This document shows, in pieces, positions 28,900 to 44,030 of a DNA stretch of 64,000 nucleotides; within the stretch, counting starts at the first letter, position 1; every line of letters begins with the position of its first letter. The notes below the pieces were generated by a model. That model had not been told where the DNA came from. It did not search any database and saw nothing but the letters and a program-made list of their open reading frames with translations. The DNA lies in the NCBI RefSeq assembly GCF_009914755.1, contig NC_060925.1; one strand, written 5' to 3'. A program made the translations under genes and the position numbers. The stretch comes from the human T2T-CHM13v2.0 reference genome, Homo sapiens.

Positions 28900-31800
28900 C
28901 ATTGAATGGACTCGAATGGAATCAACATCAAACGGAATCAAGCGCAATTATCGAATGGAATCGAAGAGAATCATCGAATGGACTCGAATGGAATCATCTA
29001 ATGGAATGGAATGGAATAATCCACGGACTCGAATGCAATCATCATCGTATAGAATCGAATGGAATCATCGAATGGACTCGAATGGAATAATCATTGAACG
29101 GAATCGAATGGAATCATCATCGGATGGAAACGAATGGAATCATCATCGAATGGAAATGAAAGGAGTCATCATCTAATGGAATTGCATGGAATCATCATAA
29201 AATGGAATCGAATGGAATCAACATCAAATGGAATCAAATGGAATCATTGAACGGAATTGAATGGAATCGTCATCGAATGAATTGAATGCAATCATCGAAT
29301 GGTCTCGAATGGAATCATCTTCAAATGGAATGGAATGGAATCATCGCATAGAATCGAATGGAATTATCATCGAATGGAATCGAATGGAATCAACATCAAA
29401 CGGAAAAAAACGGAATTATCGAATGGAATCGAAGAGAATCATCGAACGGACCCGAATGGAATCATCTAATGGAATGGAATGGAATAATCCATGGACTCGA
29501 ATGCAATCATCATCGAATGGAATGGAATGGAATCATCGAATGGACTCGAATGGAATAATCATTGAACGGAATCGAATGGAATCATCATCGGATGGAAACG
29601 AATGGAATCATCATCGAATGGAAATGAAAGGATTCATCATCTAATGGAATTGCATGGAATCATCATAAAATGGATTCGAATGGAATCAACATCAAATGGA
29701 ATCAAATGGAATCATTGAACAGAATTGAATGGAATCGTCAACGAATGAATTGAATGCAATCATCGAATGGTCTCGAATGGAATCATCTTCAAATGGAATG
29801 GAATGGAATCATCGCATAGAATCGAATGGAATTATCATCGAATGGAATCGAATGGAATCAACATCAAACGGAAAAATCGGAATTATCGTATGGAATCGAA
29901 GAGAATCATCGAATGGACCCGAATGGAATCATCTAATGGAGTGGAATGGAATAATCCATGGACTCGAATGCAATCATCATCGAATGGAATCGAATGGAAT
30001 CATCGAATGGACTCGAATGGATTAATCATCGAACGGAATCGAATGAAGTCATCATCGGATGGAAATGAATGGAATCATCATCGAATGGAATCGAATAGAA
30101 TTATGGAATGAAATCCAGTGTGATCATCATCGAATGGACCCGAATGGAATCATCATCCAACGGAACCTAATGGAATCAACATCGAATGAATCGAATGGAA
30201 ACACCATCGAATTGAAACGAATGGAATTATCATGAAATTGAAATGGATGGACTCATCATCGAATGGATTCGAATGGAATCAACGAATAAAATTGATTGAA
30301 ATCATCAACATATGGAATCGAATGGTATCATTGAATGGAATCGAATGGAATCATCATCAGATGGAAATGAATGGAATCGTCATAGAATGGAATCGAATGG
30401 ATTCATTGAATGGAATCAGATGGAATCTTCGAATGGACTGGAATGGAATAATTGAATGGACTCGAAAGGGATCATTATTGAATGGAATTGAATGGAATCA
30501 TCGAATGGTCTCGATTGGAATCATTATCAAATGGAATCGAATGGAATCACCGAATAGAATCGAATGGAACAATCATCGAATGGACTCAAATGAAATTATC
30601 CTCAAGTGGAATCGAATGGAATTATCGAATGCAATCGAATGGAATTATCGAATGCAATCGAATAGAATCATCGAATGGACTCGAATGGAATCATCGAATG
30701 GAATGGAATGGAACAGTCAATGAACTCGAATGGAATCATCATTGAATGGAATCGAATGGAATCATCGAGTGGAATCGAATGGAATTATGATCAAATGGAA
30801 TCGAATGTAATCATCATCAAATGGAATCAAAAATAACCATCATCAATTGGCATTCAATGGAATTGTCATCAAATGGAATTCAAAGGTATCATCATCAAAT
30901 GGAACCGAATGGAATCCTCATTGAATGGAAATGAAAGGGGTCATCATCTAATGGAATCACATGGAATCATCATCAAATGGAATCGAATGGAATCATCATC
31001 AAATGGAATCTAATGGAATCATTGAACAGAATTGAATGGAATCGTCATCGAATGAATTGAATGCAATCATCGAATGGTCTCGAATGGAATCATCTTCTAA
31101 TGGAAAGGAATGGAATCATCGCATAGAATCGAATGGAATTAACATTGAATGGACTCGAATGGAATCAACATCAAACGGAATCAAGCGGAATTATCGAATG
31201 GAATCGAAGAGAATCATCGAATGGACTCGAATGGAATCATCTAATGGAATGGAATGGAATAATCCACGGACTCGAATGCAATCATCATCGTATAGAATCG
31301 AATGGAATCATCGAATGGACTCGAATGGAATAATCATTGAACGGAATCGAATGGAATCATCATCGGATGGAAACGAATGGAATCATCATCGAATGGAAAT
31401 GAAAGGAGTCATCATCTAATGGAATTGCATGGAATCATCATAAAATGGAATCGAATGGAATCAACATCAAATGGAATCAAATGGAATCATTGAACGGAAT
31501 TGAATGGAATCGTCATGGAATGAATTGAATGCAATCATCGAATGGTCTCGAATGGAATCATCTTCAAATGGAATGGAATGGAATCATCGCATAGAATCGA
31601 ATGGAATTATCATCGAATGGAATCGAATGGAATCAACATCAAACGGAAAAAAACGGAATTATCGAATGGAATCGAAGAGAATCATCGAACGGACCCGAAT
31701 GGAATCATCTAATGGAATGGAATGGAATAATCCATGGACTCGAATGCAATCATCATCGAATGGAATGGAATGGAATCATCGAATGGACTCGAATGGAATA

Positions 31801-34640
31801 ATCATTGAAAGGAATCGAATGGAATCATCATCGGATGGAAACGAATGGAATCATCATCGAATGGAAATGAAAGGATTCATCATCTAATGGAATTGCATGG
31901 AATCATCATAAAATGGAATCGAATGGAATCAACATCAAATGGAATCAAATGGAATCATTGAACGGAATTGAATGGAATCGTCAACGAATGAATTGAATGC
32001 AATCATCGAATGGTCTCGAATGGAATCATCTTCAAATGGAATGGAATGGAATCATCGCATAGAATCGAATGGAATTATCATCGAATGGAATCGAATGGAA
32101 TCAACATCAAACGGAAAAATCGGAATTATCGTATGGAATCGAAGAGAATCATCGAATGGACCCGAATGGAATCATCTAATGGAGTGGAATGGAATAATCC
32201 ATGGACTCGAATGCAATCATCATCGAATGGAATCGAATGGAATCATCGAATGGACTCGAATGGAATAATCATCGAACGGAATCGAATGAAGTCATCATCG
32301 GATGGAAATGAATGGAATCATCATCGAATGGAATCGAATAGAATTATGGAATGAAATCCAGTGTGATCATCATCGAATGGACCCGAATGGAATCATCATC
32401 CAACGGAACCTAATGGAATCAACATCGAATGAATCGAATGGAAACACCATCGAATTGAAACGAATGGAATTATCATGAAATTGAAATGGATGGACTCATC
32501 ATCGAATGGATTCGAATGGAATCAACGAATAAAATTGATTGAAATCATCAACATATGGAATCGAATGGTATCATTGAATGGAATCGAATGGAATCATCAT
32601 CAGATGGAAATGAATGGAATCGTCATAGAATGGAATCGAATGGATTCATTGAATGGAATCAGATGGAATCTTCGAATGGACTGGAATGGAATAATTGAAT
32701 GGACTCGAAAGGGATCATTATTGAATGGAATTGAATGGAATCATCGAATGGTCTCGATTGGAATCATTATCAAATGGAATCGAATGGAATCACCGAATAG
32801 AATCGAATGGAACAATCATCGAATGGACTCAAATGAAATTATCCTCAAGTGGAATCGAATGGAATTATCGAATGCAATCGAATGGAATTATCGAATGCAA
32901 TCGAATAGAATCATCGAATGGACTCGAATGGAATCATCGAATGGAATGGAATGGAACAGTCAATGAACTCGAATGGAATCATCATTGAATGGAATCGAAT
33001 GGAATCATCGAGTGGAATCGAATGGAATTATGATCAAATGGAATCGAATGTAATCATCATCAAATGGAATCAAAAATAACCATCATCAATTGGCATTCAA
33101 TGGAATTGTCATCAAATGGAATTCAAAGGTATCATCATCAAATGGAACCGAATGGAATCCTCATTGAATGGAAATGAAAGGGGTCATCATCTAATGGAAT
33201 CACATGGAATCATCATCAAATGGAATCGAATGGAATCATCATCAAATGGAATCTAATGGAATCATTGAACAGAATTGAATGGAATCGTCATCGAATGAAT
33301 TGAATGCAATCATCGAATGGTCTCGAATGGAATCATCTTCTAATGGAAAGGAATGGAATCATCGCATAGAATCGAATGGAATTAACATTGAATGGACTCG
33401 AATGGAATCAACATCAAACGGAATCAAGCGGAATTATCGAATGGAATCGAAGAGAATCATCGAATGGACTCGAATGGAATCATCTAATGGAATGGAATGG
33501 AATAATCCACGGACTCGAATGCAATCATCATCGTATAGAATCGAATGGAATCATCGAATGGACTCGAATGGAATAATCATTGAACGGAATCGAATGGAAT
33601 CATCATCGGATGGAAACGAATGGAATCATCATCGAATGGAAATGAAAGGAGTCATCATCTAATGGAATTGCATGGAATCATCATAAAATGGAATCGAATG
33701 GAATCAACATCAAATGGAATCAAATGGAATCATTGAACGGAATTGAATGGAATCGTCATGGAATGAATTGAATGCAATCATCGAATGGTCTCGAATGGAA
33801 TCATCTTCAAATGGAATGGAATGGAATCATCGCATAGAATCGAATGGAATTATCATCGAATGGAATCGAATGGAATCAACATCAAACGGAAAAAAACGGA
33901 ATTATCGAATGGAATCGAAGAGAATCATCGAACGGACCCGAATGGAATCATCTAATGGAATGGAATGGAATAATCCATGGACTCGAATGCAATCATCATC
34001 GAATGGAATGGAATGGAATCATCGAATGGACTCGAATGGAATAATCATTGAAAGGAATCGAATGGAATCATCATCGGATGGAAACGAATGGAATCATCAT
34101 CGAATGGAAATGAAAGGATTCATCATCTAATGGAATTGCATGGAATCATCATAAAATGGAATCGAATGGAATCAACATCAAATGGAATCAAATGGAATCA
34201 TTGAACGGAATTGAATGGAATCGTCAACGAATGAGTTGAATGCAATCATCGAATGGTCTCGAATGGAATCATCTTCAAATGGAATGGAATGGAATCATCG
34301 CATAGAATCGAATGGAATTATCATCGAATGGAATCGAATGGAATCAACATCAAACGGAAAAATCGGAATTATCGTATGGAATCGAAGAGAATCATCGAAT
34401 GGACCCGAATGGAATCATCTAATGGAGTGGAATGGAATAATCCATGGACTCGAATGCAATCATCATCGAATGGAATCGAATGGAATCATCGAATGGACTC
34501 GAATGGAATAATCATCGAACGGAATCGAATGAAGTCATCATCGGATGGAAATGAATGGAATCATCATCGAATGGAATCGAATAGAATTATGGAATGAAAT
34601 CCAGTGTGATCATCATCGAATGGACCCGAATGGAATCATC
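28900..34640 (+). repeat. Near-identical tandem 2,243 bp three-module units (~2.5 copies)
   Basis: ORF starts 28793/31036/33279 and 29729/31972/34215. Shared variants include GTCAACGAAT, GGAAAAATCGG (1 bp shorter), AATGGAGTGG, GAATGAAGTC and AAGGATTCATC. Boundaries are approximate. Confidence 0.9.
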
Positions 34641-35749
34641 ATCCAACGGAAGCTAATGGAATCAACATCGAATGAATCGAATGGAAACACCATCGAATTG
34701 AAACGAATGGAATTATCATGAAATTGAAATGGATGGACTCATCATCGAATGGATTCGAATGGAATCATCGAATAAAATTGATTGAAATCATCAACAAATG
34801 GAATCGAATGGTATCATTGAATGGAATCGAATGGAATCATCATCAGATGGAAATGAATGGAATCGTCATAGAATGGAATCGAATGGCTTCATTGAATGGA
34901 ATCAGATGGAATCATCGAATGGACTGGAATGGAATCATTGAATGGACTCGAAAGGATTCATTATTGAATGGAATTAAATGGAATCATCGAATGGTCTCGA
35001 TTGGAATCATTATCAAATGGAATCGAATGGAATCACCGAATAGAATCGAATGGAACAATCATCGAATGGAGTCAAATGGAATTATCCTCAAATGGAATCG
35101 AATGGAAATATCGAATGCAATCGAATGGAATTATCGAATGCAATCGAATAGAATCATCGAATGGACTCGAATGGAATCATCGAATGGAAAGGAATGGAAC
35201 AGTCAATGAACTCGAATGGAATCATCATTGAATGGAATCGAATGGAATCATCGAGTGGAATCGAATGGAATTATGATCAAATGGAATCGAATGTAATCAT
35301 CATCAAATGGAATCAAAAATAACCATCATCAATTGGTATTGAATGGAATTGTCATCAAATGGAATTCAAAGGAATCATCATCAAATGGAACCGAATGGAA
35401 TCCTCATTGAATGGAAATGAAAGGGGTCAACATCTAATGGAATCGCATGGAATCATCATCAAATGGAATCGAATGGAATCATCATCAAATGGAATCTAAT
35501 GGAATCATTGAACAGAATTGAATGGAATCGTCATCGAATGAATTGAATGCAATCATCGAATGGTCTCGAATGGAATCATCTTCTAATGGAAAGGAATGGA
35601 ATCACCGCATAGAATCGAATGGAATTAACATTGAATGGACTCGAATGGAATCCACATCAAACGGAATCAAGCGGAATTATCGAATGGAATCGAAGAGAAT
35701 CATCGAATGGACTCGAATGGAATCATCTAATGGAATGGAATGGAATAAT

Positions 35750-38700
35750 CCACGGACACGAATGCAATCATCATCGTATAGAATCGAATGGAATCACCGA
35801 AAGGACTCGAAAGGAATAATCATTGAACGGAATCGAATGGAATCATCATCGGATGGAAACGAATGGAATCATCATCGAATGGAAATGAAAGGAGTCATCA
35901 TCTAATGGAATTGCATGGAATCATCATAAAATGGAATCGAATGGAATCAACATCAAATGGAATCAAATGGAATCATTGAACGGAATTGAATGGAATCGTC
36001 ATCGAATGAATTGAATGCAATCATCGAATGGTCTCGAATGGAATCATCTTCAAATGGAATAGAATGGAATCATCGCATAGAATCGAATGGAATTATCATC
36101 GAATGTTATCGAATGGTGTCAAAAACAAACGGAACAAAACGGAATTATCGAATGGAATCGAAGAGAATCATCGAACGGACCCGAATGGAATCATCTAATG
36201 GAATGGAATGGAATAATCCATGGACTCGAATGCAATCATCATCGAATGGAATCGAAAGGAATCATCGAATGGACTCGAATGGAATAATCATTGAACGGAA
36301 TTGAATGGAATCATCATCGGATGGAAACGAATGGAATCATCATCGAATGGAAATGAAAGGAGTCATGTAATGGAATTGCATGGAATCATCATAAAATGGA
36401 ATCGAATGGAATCAACATCAAGTGGAATCCAATGGAATCATTGAACGGAATTGAATGGAATCGTCATCGAATGAATTGAATGCAATCATCTAATGGTCTC
36501 GAATGGAATCATCTTCAAATGGAATGGAGTGGAATCATCGCATAGAATCGAATGGAATTATCATCGAATGGAATCGAATGGAATCAACAACAAACGGAAA
36601 AAAAAGGAATTATCGAATGGAATCAAAGAGAATCATCGAATGGACCCGAATGGAATCATCTAATGGAACGGAATGGAATAATCCATGGACTCGAATGCAA
36701 TCATCATCGAATGGAATCGAATGGAATCATCGAATGGACTCGAATGAAATAATCATAGAACGGAATCGAATGGAATCATCATCGGATGGAAATGAATGGA
36801 ATCATCATCGAATGGAATCGAATAGAATTATGGAATGAAATCCAGTGTGATCATCATCGAATGCACCCGAATGGAATCATCATCCAACGGAATCTAATGG
36901 AAACAACATCGAATGAATCGAATGGAAACACCATCGAATTGAAACGAGTGGAATTATCATGAAATTGAAATGGATGGACTCATCATCGAATGGATTCGAA
37001 TGGAATCATCGAATAAAATTGATTGAAATCATCATCAAATGGAATCGAATGGTATCATTGAATGGAATCGAATGGAATCATCATCAGATGGAAATGAATG
37101 GAATCGTCATAGAATGGAATCGAATGGATTCATTGAATGGAATCAGATGGAATCATCGAATGGACTGGAATGGAATCATTGAATGGACCCGAGAGGGATC
37201 ATTATTGAATGGAATTGAATGGAATCATGGAATGGTCTCGATTGGAATCATTATCAAATGGAATCGAATGGAATCACCGAATAGAATCGAATGGAACAAT
37301 CATCGAATGGACTCCAATGGAATTATCCTCAAATGGAATCGAATGGAATTATCGAATGCAATCGAATGGAATTATCGAATGCAATCGAATAGAATCATCG
37401 AATGGACTCGAATGGAATCATCGAATGGAATGGAATGGAACAGTCAATGAACTCGAATGGAATCATCATTGAATGGAATCGAATGGAATCATCGAGTGGA
37501 ATCGAATGGAATTATGATCAAATGGAATCGAATGTAATCATCATCAAATGGAATCAAAAATAACCATCATCAATTGGTATTGAATGGAATTCTCATCAAA
37601 TGGAATTCAAAGGAATCATCATCAAATGGAACCGAATGGAATCCTCATTGAATGGAAATGAAAGGAGTCAACATCTAATGGAATCGCATGGAATCATCAT
37701 CAAATGGAATCGAATGGAATCATCATCAAATGGAATCTAATGGAATCATTGAACAGAATTGAATGGAATCGTCATCGAATGAATTGAATGCAATCATCGA
37801 ATGGTCTCGAATGGAATCATCTTCTAATGGAAAGGAATGGAATCACCGCATAGAATCGAATGGAATTAACATTGAATGGACTCGAATGGAATCCACATCA
37901 AACGGAATCAAGCGGAATTATCGAATGGAATCGAAGAGAATCATCGAATGGACTCGAATGGAATCATCTAATGGAATGGAATGCAATAATCCACGGACTC
38001 GAATTCAATCATCATCGTATAGAATCGAATGGAATCATTGAATGGACTCGAATGGAATAATCATTGAACGGAATCAAATGGAATCATCATCGGATGGAAA
38101 CGAATGGAATCATCATCGAATGGAAAAGAAAAGAGTCATCATCTAATGGAATTGCATGGAATCATCATAAAATGGAATCGAATGGAATCAACATCAAATG
38201 GAATCAAATGGAATCATTGAACGGAATCGAATGGAATCGTCATCGAATGAATTGAATGCAATCATCGAATGGTCTCGAATGGAATCATCTTCTAATGGAA
38301 AGTAATGGAATCATCGCATAGAATCGAATGGAATTAAAATTGAATGGACTCGAATGGAATCAACATCAAACGGAAAAAAACGGAATTATCGAATGGAATC
38401 GAAGAGAATCATCGAATGGACCCGAATGGAATCATCTAATGGAATGGAATGGAATAATCCATGGACTCGAATGCAATCATCATCGAATGGAATCGAATGG
38501 AATCATCGAATGGACTCGAATGGAATAATCATTGAACGGAATCGAATGGAATCATCATCGGATGGAAACGAATGGAATCATCATCGAATGGAAATGAAAG
38601 GAGTCTTGTAATGGAATTACATGGAATCATCATAAAATGGAATCGAATGGAATCAACATCAAATGGAATCCAATGGAATCATTGAACGGAATTGAATTAA

Positions 38701-41700
38701 TCGTCATCGAATCAATTGAATGCAATCATCGAATGGTCTCGAATGGAATCATGTTCAAATGGAATGGAATGGAATCATCGCATAGAATCTAATGTAATTA
38801 TCATCGAATGGAATCGAATGAAATCAACAACAAACGGAAAAAAAAGGAATTATCGAATGGAATCAAAGAGAATCATCGAATGAACCCGAATGGAATCATC
38901 TAATGGAACGGAATGGAATAATCCATGGACTCGAATGCAATCATCATCGAATGGAATCGAATGGAATCATCGAATGGACTCGATTGAAATAATCATAGAA
39001 CGGAATCGAATGGAATCATCATCGGATGGAAATGAATGGAATCATCATCGAATGGAATCGAATAGAATTATGGAATGAAATCCAGTGTGATCATCATCGA
39101 ATGCACCCGAATGGAATCATCATCCAACGGAATCTAATGGAAACAACATCGAATGAATCGAATGGAAACACCATCGAATTGAAACGAGTGGAATTATCAT
39201 GAAATTGAAATGGATGGACTCATCATCGAATGGATTCGAATGGAATCATCGAATAAAATTGATTGAAATCATCATCAAATGGAATCGAATGGTATCATTG
39301 AATGGAATCGAATGGAATCATCATCAGATGGAAATGAATGGAATCGTCATAGAATGGAATCGAATGGATTCATTGAATGGAATCAGATGGAATCATCGAA
39401 TGGACTGGAATGGAATCATTGAATGGACTCGAGAGGGATCATTATTGAATGGAATTGAATGGAATCATGGAATGGTCTCGATTGGAATCATTATCAAATG
39501 GAATCGAATGGAATCACCGAATAGAATCGAATGGAACAATCATCGAATGGACTCCAATGGAATTATCCTCAAATGGAATCGCGTGGAATTATCGAATGCA
39601 ATCGAATGGAATTATCGAATGCAATCGAATAGAATCATCGAATGGACTCGAATGGAATCATCGAATGGAATGGAATGGAACAGTCAATGAACACGAATGG
39701 AATCATCATTGAATGGAATCGAATGGAATCATCGAGTGGAATCGAATGGAATTATGATCAAATGGAATCGAATGTAATCATCATCAAATGGAATCAAAGA
39801 TAACCATCATCAATTGGTATTGAATGGAATTGTCATCAAATGGAATTCAAAGGAATCATCACCAAATGGAACCGAAAGGAATCCTCATTGAATGGAAATG
39901 AAAGGGGTTATCATCTAATGGAATCGCATGGAATCATCATCAAATGGAATCGAATGGAATCATCATCAGATGGAATCTAATGGAATCATTGAACAGAATT
40001 GAATGGAATCGTCATCGAATGAATTGAATGCAATCATCGAATGGTCTCGAACGGAATCATCTTCTAATGGAAAGGAATGGAATCATCGCATATAATCGAA
40101 TGGAATTAACATTGAATGGACTCGAATGGAATCAACATCAAACGGAATCAAGCGGAATTATCGAATGGAATCGAAGAGAATCATCGAATGGACTCGAATG
40201 GAATCATCTAATGGAATGGAATGGAATAATCCACGGACACGAATGCAATCATCATCGTATAGAATCGAATGGAATCATCGAAAGGACTTGAAAGGAATAA
40301 TCATTGAACGGAATCGAATGGAATCATCATCGGATGGAAACGACTGGAATCATCATCGAATGGAAATGAAAGGAGTCATCATCTAATGGAATTGCATGGA
40401 ATCATCATAAAATGGAATCGAATGGAATCAACATCAAATGGAATCAAATGGAATCATTGAACGGAATTGAATGGAATCGTCATCGAATGAATTGAATGCA
40501 ATCATCGAATGGTCTCGAATGGAATCATCTTCAAATGGAATGGAATGGAATCATCGCATAGAATCGAATGGAATTATCATCGAATGTTATCGAATGGTGT
40601 CAAAAACAAACGGAACAAAACGGAATTATCGAATGGAATCGAAGAGAATCATCGAACGGACCCGAATGGAATCATCTAATGGAATGGAATGGAATAATCC
40701 ATGGACTCGAATGCAATCATCATCGAATGGAATCGAATGGAATCATCGAATGGACTCGAATGGAATAATCATTGAAAGGAATTGAATGGAATCATCATCG
40801 GATGGAAACTAATGGAATCATCATCGAATGGAAATGAAAGGAGTCATGTAATGGAATTGCATGGAATCATCATAAAATGGATTCGAATGGAATCAACATC
40901 AAGTGGAATCCAATGGAATCATTGAACGGAATTGAATGGAATCGTCATCGAATGAATTGAATGCAATCATCTAATGGTCTAGAATGGAATCATCTTCAAA
41001 TGGAATGGAGTGGAATCATCGCATAGAATCGAATGGAATTATCATCGAATGGAATCGAATGGAATCAACAACAAACGGAAAAAAAAGGAATTATCGAATG
41101 GAATCAAAGAGAATCATCGAATGGACCCGAATGGAATCATCTAATGGAACGGAATGGAATAATCCATGGACTCGAATGCAATCATCATCGAATGGAATCG
41201 AATGGAATCATCGAATGGACTCGAATGAAATAATCATAGAACGGAATCGAATGGAATCATCATCGGATGGAAATGAATGGAATCATCATCGAATGGAATC
41301 GAATAGAATTATGGAATGAAATCCAGTGTGATTATCATCGAATGCACCCGAATGGAATCATCATCCAACGGAATATAATGGAAACAACATCAAATGAATC
41401 GAATGGAAACACCATCGAATTGAAACGAGTGGAATTATCATGAAATTGAAATGGATGGACTCATCATCGAATGGATTCGAATGGAATCATCGAATAAAAT
41501 TGATTGAAATCATCATCAAATGGAATCGAATGGTATCATTGAATGGAATCGAATGGAATCATCATCAGATGGAAATGAATGGAATCGTCATAGAATGGAA
41601 TCGAATGGATTCATTGAATGGAATCAGATGGAATCATCGAATGGACTGGAATGGAATCATTGAATGGACCCGAGAGGGATCATTATTGAATGGAATTGAA

Positions 41701-41900
41701 TGGAATCATGGAATGGTCTCGATTGGAATCATTATCAAATGGAATCGAATGGAATCACCGAATAGAGTCGAATGGAACAATCATCGAATGGACTCCAATG
41801 GAATTATCCTCAAATGGAATCGAATGGAATTATCGAATGCAATCGAATGGAATTATCGAATGCAATCCAATAGAATCATCGAATGGACTCGAATGGAATC
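35750..41900 (+). repeat. 4,481 bp-offset dimeric repeat of more diverged ~2,240 bp units
   Basis: ORF starts 35990/40471, 36503/40984, 36959/41440. GAATGTTATCGAATGGTGTCAAAAACAAACGGAACAAAAC occurs at ~36101 and ~40582, and GAGTCATGTAAT at ~36360 and ~40841. Boundaries are approximate. Confidence 0.85.
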
Positions 41901-42959
41901 ATCGAATGGAATGGAATGGAACAGTCAATGAACTCGAATGGAATCATCATTGAATGGAATCGAAAGGAATCATCGAGTGGAATCGAATGGAATTATGATC
42001 AAATGGAATCGAATGTAATCATCAACAAAGGGAATCAAAGATAAAAATCATCAATTGGTATTGAATGGAATTGTCATCAAATGGAATTCAAAGGAATCAT
42101 CACCAAATGGAACCGAATGGAATCCTCATTGAATGGAAATGAAATGGGTCATCATCTAATGGAATTGCATGGAATCATCATCAAATGGAATCGAATGGAA
42201 ACATCATCAAATGGAATCTAATGGAATCATTGAACAGAATTGAATGGATTCGTCATCGAATGAATTGAATGCAATCATCGAATGGTCTCAAATGGAATCA
42301 TCTTCTAATGGAAAGGAATGGAATCATCGCATAGAATCGAATGGAATTAACATTGAATGGACTCGAATGGAATCAACATCAAACGGAATCAAGCGGAATT
42401 ATCGAATGGAATCGAAGAGAATCATCGAATGGACTCGAATGGAATCATCTAATGGAATGGAATGGAATAATCAACGGACTCGAATGCAATCATCATCGTA
42501 TAGAATCGAATGGAATCATCGAATGGACTCGAATGGAATAATCATTGAACGGAATCGAATGGAATAATCATCAGATCGAAACGAATGGAATCATCATCGA
42601 ATGGAAATGAAAGGAGTCATCTAATGGAATTTCATGAAATCATCATCAAATGGAATCGAATGGAATCAACATCAAATGGAATCAAATGGAATCATTGAAC
42701 GGAATTGAATGGAATCGTCATCGAATGAATTGAATGCAATCATCGAATGGTCTCGAATGGAATCATCTTCAAATGGAATGGAATGGAATCATCGCATAGA
42801 ATCGAATGGAATTATCATCGAATGGAATCGAATGGAATCAACATCAAACGGAAAAAAACGGAATTATCGAATGGAATCGAAGAGAATCATCGAATGGACC
42901 CGAATGGAATCATCTAATGGAATGGAATGGAATAATCCATGGACTCGAATGCAATCATC

Positions 42960-44030
42960 ATCGAATGGAATCGAATGGAATCATCGAGTGGAATCGAATG
43001 GAATTATGATCAAATGGAATTGAATGTAATCATCATCAAATGGAATCAAAAATAACTATCATCAATTGGTATTGAATGGAATTCTCATCAAATGGAATTC
43101 AAAGGAATCATCATCAAATGGAACCGAATGGAATCCTCATTGAATGGAAATGAAAGGGGTCATCATCTAATGGAATCGCATGGAATCATCATCAAATGGA
43201 ATCGAATGGAATCATCATCAAATGGAATCTAATGGAATCATTGAACAGAATTGAATGGAATCGTTATCGAATGAATTGAATGCAATCATCGAATGGTCTC
43301 GAATGGAATCATCTTCTAATGGAAAGGAATGGAATCATCGCATAGAATCGAATGGAATTAACATTGAATGGACTCCAATGGAATCAACAAAAAAAGGAAT
43401 CAAGCGGAATTATCGAATGGAATCGAAGAGAATCATCGAATGGACTCGAATGGAATCACCTAATGGTATGTAATGGAATAATCCACGGACTCGAATGCAA
43501 TCATCATCGTATAGAATCGAATGGAATCATCGAATGGACTCGAATGGAATAATCATTGAACGGAATCGAATGGAATCATCATCGGATGGAAACGAATGGA
43601 ATCATCATCGAATGGAATCGAATAGAATTTTGGAATGAAATCCAGTGTGATCATCATCGAATGGACCCGAATGGAATCATCATCCAACGGAAGCTAATGG
43701 AATCAACATCGAATGAATCGATTGGAAACACCATCGAATTGAAACGAATGGAATTATCATGAAATTGAAATGGACGGACTCATCATCGAATGGATTCGAA
43801 TGGAATCATCGAATAAAATTGATTGAAATCATCATCAAATGGAATCGAATGGTATCATTGAATGGAATCGAATGGAATCATCATCAGATGGAAACGAATG
43901 GAATCATCATTGAATGGAAATGAAAGGAGTCATCATCTAATGGAATTGCATGGAATCATCATCAAATGGAATCGAATGGAATCAACATCAAATGGAATCA
44001 AATGGAATCATTGAACGGAATTGAATGGAA
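42960..44030 (+). repeat. Rearranged junction zone with two internally deleted units (-762 bp and -1,006 bp)
   Basis: Module start 42709 to the next first-module start 43255 is 546 bp (normally 1,308). Core landmarks 43759 to 44529 are 770 bp apart (normally 1,776). Confidence 0.85.
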
